Of a DNA stretch of 64,000 bases, positions 58,097 through 64,000 are shown one piece after another. This stretch comes from Promethearchaeati archaeon. GTDB taxonomy: Archaea; Asgardarchaeota; Heimdallarchaeia; JABLTI01. A program made the translations under genes and the position numbers. The stretch lies in assembly GCA_013166835.1 (NCBI GenBank), contig JABLTI010000002.1:594-64593 (forward strand), in the 5' to 3' direction. Within the stretch, counting starts at the first letter, position 1, and every line of letters starts with the position of its first letter. Under the pieces are notes generated by a model. It was not told where the DNA came from, searched no databases, and worked only from the letters and a program-made list of their open reading frames with translations.

Positions 58097-58151
58097 CCAA
58101 ATTTGATGTGACGTCAGGAGGTCGTGGGATAAAAGCCCGCCCTCGACACCA
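58097..58151 (+). repeat. orphan copy of the tRNA 3' part (end of intron 2, then exon through CCA)
   Basis: 49 of 55 positions are identical to 56325-56379 by hand alignment. It lacks the 5' two thirds of the tRNA, and the invariant T-loop C56 is changed (ATCAAAG to ATAAAAG). Confidence 0.7.
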
Positions 58152-58157
58152 TTCATT

Positions 58158-58862
58158 CTAGGATTTTATGCAATCATTAAGTAATTTTTTCAATTCTGAT
58201 GCATGTGTTATTAAGTAGTATATATCAAGAAATTGATTAACAAGATTCAATTCATTATATTTAGCATCAACTGCAGTTTTGGTAATTTCTTCTGAATATT
58301 TACTTAATACTCGTTTTCTTTCATTATGCAGCATAATATAACACTCTTTTACAAATTTAGTAAGGCACTCTTCTGAGATTTCTTTTGCTTTTTTTTCCAT
58401 ACTAATTATTTTTGCAATAATTGGTATTGATTTCTTAATCTCATTTACACGTAGTTTTGTAAAATCCTTATCTGATTTGAAGTAAACCTTAGCTGTACGA
58501 CCATATAATGTTTCAGATGCAGTTTGACCCATCTTAACTCGTTTACCTGCATGAACTACTAATCCTAATTTTATCAAGATATCAAGATATTTGTAAAGTG
58601 TTTTACCTTTTCGTTCAGCTTTTTCTCTAATTTCCTTCTTCTCTTTATCTTCTAAAGGCATCTTTTCGATTTTTTTAGCAATAATCAAATTATATTCTCT
58701 TTCCAATTCTTTAACAGACATGGGTCCTTTTCGTAAAGCAATTAAAATTGGTTCATATCTTGGATCTTCTATTACTTCCCAAATTTTTTTGTCACCTAAG
58801 ATTTCAAATGCTTTTTCTTCTGTAGTTACAAAATCTCGATAATCCAATTTCATCACATGCAT
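58158..58862 (-). CDS. winged-helix (ArsR/PadR-like) DNA-binding protein with long helical C-terminal domain
   Basis: N-terminal wHTH pattern (YEPILIALRKGPMSVKELEREYN...GKTLYKYLDILIKLGLVVHAG.RV). 234 aa. Parent copy of the pseudogene at 56396-56900. Confidence 0.55.
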   Translation of the reverse strand: MHVMKLDYRDFVTTEEKAFEILGDKKIWEVIEDPRYEPILIALRKGPMSVKELEREYNLIIAKKIEKMPLEDKEKKEIREKAERKGKTLYKYLDILIKLGLVVHAGKRVKMGQTASETLYGRTAKVYFKSDKDFTKLRVNEIKKSIPIIAKIISMEKKAKEISEECLTKFVKECYIMLHNERKRVLSKYSEEITKTAVDAKYNELNLVNQFLDIYYLITHASELKKLLNDCIKS

Positions 58863-58998
58863 TTAATAATTATTTAATAATGCTAAAGGATTAAAACTTT
58901 TCTCCAGTTATGAAAAAATGTTTCTCTAGTTATAGAAACATTAATATATAGAATTAGAGAATTATTTCTCTATAATTGGAGAAAATTGTCTGTGATAA

Positions 58999-60381
58999 AT
59001 GATGTTGGAAACAGAAACTAAGCAACCAAAAATACAATCAAATATGAAAGGTTTCATGTTTTTCTGGTCTGGCCAATTAGTATCAATATTAGGATCTACT
59101 ATTATACAATTTGTATTAACATGGTGGATCACTATTGAAACATCGAGTCCGCTTTTATTATCATTAGCTATGTTTGTTGGTTTTATACCAACGATAATCT
59201 TAACTCCTATTGCTGGAGTATTTGTTGATAGATGGAATAGAAAAGCACTAATTGGTACTGTTGATTTTCTACAAGCAGCAGTAACCGTAGTATTACTGTT
59301 CCTTTTCAGATATGATTTTGTTACTATTCCTATTTTATTGATCTTCTTAGCTGTTCGAGGAGTGTTTCAAGCGTTTCATCAACCAAGTCTTATGGCCTTA
59401 ATTCCCATTATGGTTCCTCGAAAACATCTTGGTCGAGTAAATAGTATTGCTTTTTTCTTCAACAGCATCATATTCCTCATAGGTCCTATCATTGCTGCTT
59501 TCTTGTATAAATTTCTAGCAGTTTACCATATTCTGTGGATAGATGCTGCAACATTTTCTATTGCTGTCATTCCATTAATCTTCATAAAAATTCCAAAGAT
59601 TATCAAAGAGAAAGTAGAGACCAAAGAAAAGAAGAAGTTTTTTGCAGACCTTAAAGTAGGATTTGCCTTTATTAAAGAGAAAAAAGGATTGCTTCCACTC
59701 CTAGGTGCATTTACAGGAGGAAATTTCTTTATGATGCCTTTGTTCACCTTACTCAATCTTTTTATTTATTCTACGCATGCTGGAACTGAAACAAATTTAG
59801 CTTTTGTTCTTGCATTTAATCAAGCTGGAGTGATCGTCGGATCAATACTCTTTATAATATGGAAAGGATTTAAGAAAAAAGCACTTGGTGTCATAATTGG
59901 TCTTCTCTGCATGTATTCTGGTTTCATGTTTCTAACATTCGCTCCGAGTCAGTGGTTCTGGTTTATAGGCATAGGTTTTATGATAATAGGATTCGGTTTG
60001 CCAATGGCGAACATCTCAAGTCAAACCATTTGGCAATCTGTAGTTCCAAAAGAGAAGTTAGGTAGAATTATGTCAGTAAGAATGGCTATTGCTCAATTTA
60101 CTGCGCCTCTTGGTATGATATTGAGTGGCGTTATAACTGATGCTATTGCTAGAAGACTTGCTAAGAATGTTGCTCAAGACGTTGCTGATGCATTATCAAT
60201 AAAGTACATCTTCATCGGAGCGACGGTTTTAGGCATAGTTTTTCTAGCAATTTCATGGTTATTCACCTCAATGAGACATGTTGAACAAGGAATTATTCCC
60301 ATAGAAGATGATGCATTGAAGTTAGAAACAGATGATCTTTTTGATGTAGAACCTTCCACAAAATTAACAACAGTGGATTAG
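58999..60381 (+). CDS. MFS transporter (EntS/macrolide-efflux-like)
   Basis: 12 TM helices. GVFVDRWNRK loop after TM2 and a charged central loop. Confidence 0.8.
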   Translation: MMLETETKQPKIQSNMKGFMFFWSGQLVSILGSTIIQFVLTWWITIETSSPLLLSLAMFVGFIPTIILTPIAGVFVDRWNRKALIGTVDFLQAAVTVVLLFLFRYDFVTIPILLIFLAVRGVFQAFHQPSLMALIPIMVPRKHLGRVNSIAFFFNSIIFLIGPIIAAFLYKFLAVYHILWIDAATFSIAVIPLIFIKIPKIIKEKVETKEKKKFFADLKVGFAFIKEKKGLLPLLGAFTGGNFFMMPLFTLLNLFIYSTHAGTETNLAFVLAFNQAGVIVGSILFIIWKGFKKKALGVIIGLLCMYSGFMFLTFAPSQWFWFIGIGFMIIGFGLPMANISSQTIWQSVVPKEKLGRIMSVRMAIAQFTAPLGMILSGVITDAIARRLAKNVAQDVADALSIKYIFIGATVLGIVFLAISWLFTSMRHVEQGIIPIEDDALKLETDDLFDVEPSTKLTTVD

Positions 60382-60430
60382 AATTCAAACCTATATGTAA
60401 TAGGTTTGAATAATCCACTTTCTTTTTTTA
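60373..60430 (+). terminator. long hairpin plus T-tract overlapping the MFS stop codon
   Basis: GTGGATTA/TAATCCAC (8 bp), a 3-nt bulge, then TTCAAACCTAT/ATAGGTTTGAA (11 bp) with a 5-nt loop, followed by TTTCTTTTTTTA. Confidence 0.5.
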
Positions 60431-60600
60431 TAAAACTCAATAATTATTTGATATTTTTTGCGAGTAAAAAAAAGATACCTTTTAATGTAATGTGTTTGCT
60501 AGTTCTTGAATGTAAAGAAAACATTTATACAAAAGCGGTAATATTTCGTTTTATACGTTTAAATCGAAATTTCGACAATGAATAACAGGAGATTTGTTCC

Positions 60601-61764
60601 TTGAGCGAAAAAAGTAATAGTGGTCGTCGAAGAAAACAGAAAAAAAGAGTGGGTATTCCACGTGGTCTACTTTACTATTACTTTGATACTATGTGGGAAA
60701 GCTTTTTTGGAGCTTTAGGAGCAGAAGTGGTTCTTTCATCTGAATCAAATAAGAAGATAAAAGATACTGGTGTGCTGGAAACTCTTGATGATGAATGCTA
60801 TTCTACCAAGCTATATCATGGTCACGTTTTAGATTTAGTAGATGAAGAGCTTGATTACTTGTTTGTTCCTAGATTTGCAAGTCGTAATAAGCAAGAAGTG
60901 GGTTGCCCGAAATTTGTTGCTCTCGCTGATGTTCTCCAACATACCAAGGAGAATCTTCCACCAATCATTGGACCTTATTATAGTACTTCTCGAGAAAAAC
61001 ATGGTTTTTGGCGTCTCGTCAGAATAATCTTCGAGATTGGATTTAAATTCACAAAAAATCCTCTACGTATAATCTATGCTGCTCTTAAATCTCTGAGAGA
61101 TCATAGAAAATCAAAGAAAGAACTCGTAAAAAGTGAATATATTCTGAAGAAATGGGAACGATCAGAAATTTTACTGAATGATCCTCCTTTGAATACTAAC
61201 GGAGATGAAATACTGAAGGTAGCACTTGTCGGCCATTCCTATGTTATTAACGATAGTTTTGCTTCTCTAGGTGTTCGTAAAAAACTTCAAGAACTGGGGA
61301 TTGACATTGTAACCTCTGAACAAATGCCAAGAAATCTCATTAAGAGACAGCTCCTTCGATTATCCATGAGAAATTATGGCTTAGAGTTTCCTGAACCAGA
61401 AAAACTTCCTAAAAAAGAATTACAGAAGCAATTTGTTGGAAGGAATGATTATCTTTACTTTGAATTTGAACACGAAATAGTTGGAACAGCAATGCATTTC
61501 CTCGAGACAAACTCGATAGATGGGATATTAATGCTTGTTAATTTCATCTGTGGTCCAGTCTCAGTCACAACAGAATATGCAAAACAATTTGCTAAGAAAA
61601 TAAAGGCAGAAACCCCACTAGCCATACTTACACTTGATGCTCATACTGGTGAAGCAGGTTTCCAAACTAGATTAGAAGCATTTAGCGATATTCTTAGAAT
61701 GAAGAAAAGTACCGGCACACTCTCTGAATCTGTAAAGGAGAAATCTGAATTTATAATATTTTGA
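60601..61764 (+). CDS. DUF2229-type domain protein (CoA-enzyme-activase-associated, 2-hydroxyacyl-CoA dehydratase-like fold)
   Basis: VGIPRGLLYYYFDTMWESFFGALGAEVVLS...LDDECYSTKLYHGHVLDL matches the N-terminal pattern of the uncharacterised domain usually fused to BcrAD/BadFG activases. Confidence 0.65.
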   Translation: MSEKSNSGRRRKQKKRVGIPRGLLYYYFDTMWESFFGALGAEVVLSSESNKKIKDTGVLETLDDECYSTKLYHGHVLDLVDEELDYLFVPRFASRNKQEVGCPKFVALADVLQHTKENLPPIIGPYYSTSREKHGFWRLVRIIFEIGFKFTKNPLRIIYAALKSLRDHRKSKKELVKSEYILKKWERSEILLNDPPLNTNGDEILKVALVGHSYVINDSFASLGVRKKLQELGIDIVTSEQMPRNLIKRQLLRLSMRNYGLEFPEPEKLPKKELQKQFVGRNDYLYFEFEHEIVGTAMHFLETNSIDGILMLVNFICGPVSVTTEYAKQFAKKIKAETPLAILTLDAHTGEAGFQTRLEAFSDILRMKKSTGTLSESVKEKSEFIIF

Positions 61765-61781
61765 AGGAGTAGAAAGAAAAT

Positions 61782-62924
61782 ATGTCTATAGTTACTTACC
61801 CCCATTTTGGTCCTCTAACAAGACTCTTTAAAGCGGTTTTTCAAGTATTAGAAGTTCCAGAAGAACGAATTGTTGCTCCTTCAGTTCCTAACAAACGAAC
61901 TCTCGATATTGGATCAGAGCATTCTCCTGAATGGATGTGCACTCCCTTCAAATTAAGTTTAGGTTCACTCATTGAAAGCTTGGAAAGAGGGGCTAATCAT
62001 GCTTTTCAGATTGGAGGAATCGGAACTTGTCGTGCAAGTTGTTATGGTCCAGTTCAAAGAGTAATAATCGAAGATCTTGGTTTTAGTGCTAAGTTTTCTA
62101 ATATTGATTATCATTTACCCATTGACATGTTAAAGGATTTCAAATCGGTTAGTAATGGTTTTACTTTTTTGCAAACAGTAGCAGCTATCCGTAAGATTTG
62201 GGTGAAAAATTATTCTCTTGACTTAACCGAGAATTTGATTAATTTTTATCGAGGAGTAGAAATAGAGAAAGGGCAGACAGATAAGGTTGCTAGTGAAGTA
62301 TATGATAAATTATTCGATATTCATCGTGTTCGAGAAATTAAGAAATACCACAAAGAAATACCAAAAATCTTTAAAGAGAAAATTCCAATTGATGAAGATG
62401 CCGATCCCTTGAAAATCGGTGTTATCGGTGAAATCTACGTTGTTCTAGAACCAATGCTTCACTTGGATTTGTATCGACGATTGAATGATTTGGGAGTCAT
62501 TTGTCGAAATACTGTTTCATTAAAGAAATTCACAGATATCCCTGCGAAGTTTAATCCATTTGTTAAAGAATACTATAAAGTTTATAGAGAAAAAGCACGG
62601 CCCTATATTCAACAATACTGTGGTGGGGATGGACAGGAAAGCATCGGAGCAACAATCTTGTTACGGGAATTAGGTTGGGATGGAATGGTCCATATTTGGC
62701 CATTCAGTTGTATGCCTGAATTAAGTGCTCAAACTGTCATTCCTGTTGTTTCACATGATACTGGAATGCCTGTTCTTCCAATGGTTGTAGATGAACAAAC
62801 AGGTGAAACAGGATATCAAACAAGATTAGAAGCATTTGTTGATATGTTAAAAATAAAACGCGAAAAAGAACGAGCTGGAAAACCACCAGAAAAAATATCT
62901 TGGGAGAAATTTAATTATGACTAA
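61782..62924 (+). CDS. DUF2229-type domain protein, second half
   Basis: SPEWMCTPFKLSLGSLIESLERGAN and a C-terminal DEQTGETGYQTRLEAF that parallels DAHTGEAGFQTRLEAF in the upstream ORF. Confidence 0.65.
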   Translation: MSIVTYPHFGPLTRLFKAVFQVLEVPEERIVAPSVPNKRTLDIGSEHSPEWMCTPFKLSLGSLIESLERGANHAFQIGGIGTCRASCYGPVQRVIIEDLGFSAKFSNIDYHLPIDMLKDFKSVSNGFTFLQTVAAIRKIWVKNYSLDLTENLINFYRGVEIEKGQTDKVASEVYDKLFDIHRVREIKKYHKEIPKIFKEKIPIDEDADPLKIGVIGEIYVVLEPMLHLDLYRRLNDLGVICRNTVSLKKFTDIPAKFNPFVKEYYKVYREKARPYIQQYCGGDGQESIGATILLRELGWDGMVHIWPFSCMPELSAQTVIPVVSHDTGMPVLPMVVDEQTGETGYQTRLEAFVDMLKIKREKERAGKPPEKISWEKFNYD

Positions 62925-64000
62925 AAATTGTAATTGTCCAACTGAACCAGAATTAGTTATCACTGAATCCCCTACTGGCGAGGAATTAATTGAAAATATC
63001 GAAGAAGAACTCTCAGTAAAAGATGAATCTGAGAAGTTCTATTTAGGAGTAGATGTGGGTTCTATAAGTACAAATCTTGCAATTATTGATGGGCAGAAGA
63101 GGCTAATTAAGTCTGTTTACATTCGTACAGAAGGACGACCAATACAATCAATTCAAAAAGGAGTTACTCTCTTAAAAGAGATGGTTGGCGAGGATTTTCA
63201 AATCGTTGGCGTAGGTGCAACTGGAAGTGCAAGGCAATTAACAGGATTATTAGTCGGTGCTGATGTAGTAAGAAACGAGATTACTGCTCATTCACTTGCT
63301 TCTCTCCATGAGAATTCTGAAATACAAACAATTATGGAGATCGGAGGACAGGATAGTAAAATCATACTAATTAGAAATGGTGTTCCTGTCGATTTTGCCA
63401 TGAATACTGTTTGTGCAGCAGGAACAGGTTCATTTCTGGATCAACAAGCAAATCGTCTTGAAATACCAATCGAGGATTTTGGAGGATTAGCAAGTAAATC
63501 AGATAACGCTGTTGCTATTGCAGGGCGTTGCACAGTTTTTGCAGAATCAGATATGATCCACAAGCAACAACTTGGTCATCCAGTTGAAGATATTATTCGT
63601 GGATTGAGTGAAGCATTAGTACGCAATTATTTGAATAATGTTGGAAAAGGAAAGGATATTCGTGGTCCGATTATGTTTCAAGGTGGAGTTGCAGCTAACA
63701 TTGGTATAAGGGATGCCTTCAGACGATCTCTCATAAAATCAGGAAAGATAAGCCATAAAGATGAATTAATCGTTCCTGAAAACTTTTTTGTTATGGGAGC
63801 TATTGGTGCTGCTATTCTCGCATTGAATAAAATGGTTAAAAATCCTGAAGCAAAAACGAAATTCGTTGGTTGGCAAATTCCAGATATTCAATATAAAACA
63901 AAGGGATTTGAGTGCAAAGATTGTCCAAATATCTGTGAAATAATTGAGGTTTATATGGACGAAGAAGTAATCGCTCGATGGGGTAGTAAATGTGGGAAAA
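62917..64000 (+). CDS. BcrAD/BadFG/HgdC-type ATPase (CoA-substrate-specific enzyme activase), partial, runs off the right edge
   Basis: Frame +1 is open from ATG 62917 (8-nt overlap with the upstream gene, 62917-62924) to the window end. ASKHA motifs LGVDVGSISTN, EIGGQDSK, NTVCAAGTGSFLD and RCTVFAESD (cluster-ligand Cys region). Absent from the ORF track because there is no stop in the window. Confidence 0.85.
   Translation, partial: MTKNCNCPTEPELVITESPTGEELIENIEEELSVKDESEKFYLGVDVGSISTNLAIIDGQKRLIKSVYIRTEGRPIQSIQKGVTLLKEMVGEDFQIVGVGATGSARQLTGLLVGADVVRNEITAHSLASLHENSEIQTIMEIGGQDSKIILIRNGVPVDFAMNTVCAAGTGSFLDQQANRLEIPIEDFGGLASKSDNAVAIAGRCTVFAESDMIHKQQLGHPVEDIIRGLSEALVRNYLNNVGKGKDIRGPIMFQGGVAANIGIRDAFRRSLIKSGKISHKDELIVPENFFVMGAIGAAILALNKMVKNPEAKTKFVGWQIPDIQYKTKGFECKDCPNICEIIEVYMDEEVIARWGSKCGK

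Noticed and set aside
57990-58120. Minus-strand open stretch (...RHIKFGLHEDVFQNDKGEYIVKGCKLAKVFKQYVELELGCDFIT*) running out of the orphan tRNA fragment. Considered as the remnant of an SSV-type integrase split by integration.
   Set aside because: It is only ~44 codons, has no start codon and is preceded by an in-frame TGA. It carries no recognisable tyrosine-recombinase motifs (R..HxxR..Y).
58097-58151. Possibility that the orphan tRNA 3' piece is a functional split-tRNA 3' half gene (as in Nanoarchaeum or Caldivirga).
   Set aside because: An intact full-length gene with the same 3' exon exists 1.7 kb upstream. The invariant T-loop C56 is mutated (ATAAAAG). I see no GC-rich leader complementary to a 5' half. 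The duplication also continues into the neighbouring protein gene, which points to a DNA-level duplication.
1-64000. Searched by eye for CRISPR arrays, rRNA genes, IS elements or transposases, toxin-antitoxin pairs and known defence-system genes.
   Set aside because: There are no regularly spaced direct repeats, no long non-coding GC-enriched stretch, and no DDE, tyrosine- or serine-recombinase, Cas, restriction or abortive-infection motifs in any listed ORF. The only non-coding region over 300 nt (56129-56957) is explained by the tRNA and the pseudogene.

Overview
This is a visibly AT-rich, gene-dense archaeal chromosomal segment. It holds about 60 protein genes with short spacers, GGAGG/GGTG ribosome-binding motifs and many GTG/TTG starts. 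Archaeal markers are RadA, Kae1, prefoldin beta, type-2 methionine aminopeptidase, a GH57 enzyme and a tRNA(CAT) with two introns. An Asgard-type (Loki/Promethearchaeia-like) host is suggested by three eukaryote-like small GTPases (two Rab/Ras-like, one clearly Arf-like), several longin-like plus winged-helix proteins, and a beta-propeller gene followed by a 2,316-aa helical-repeat gene. That lineage call is an inference. Housekeeping blocks are: inositol-phosphate synthase; a heterodimeric ABC exporter; an O2/ROS detoxification cluster (PDO, FprA, Dfx, Rbr); a glycogen cluster (GT4, GH57); prefoldin/DHH; the ECF A1-A2-T module; t6A genes (Kae1, TsaC); malic enzyme; and a BcrAD/BadFG-type activase cluster. 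The best candidates for new biology are: (1) the co-oriented beta-propeller/longin-like plus giant alpha-solenoid pair at 7991-17236; (2) the longin-like/wH, coiled-coil/wH and Arf-like GTPase neighbourhood at 44367-48422; (3) a small GTPase fused to a thioredoxin fold that has lost its CxxC; (4) an atypical ECF-like operon with a MobB/Fe-S protein and two SUOX-fold ectodomains; (5) a diverged direct duplication of a tRNA 3' part plus the flanking gene that brackets an MBL-fold gene. I recognised no rRNA, CRISPR array, transposase, integrase or known defence system. All functional calls come from reading motifs in the supplied translations; no database search was possible.
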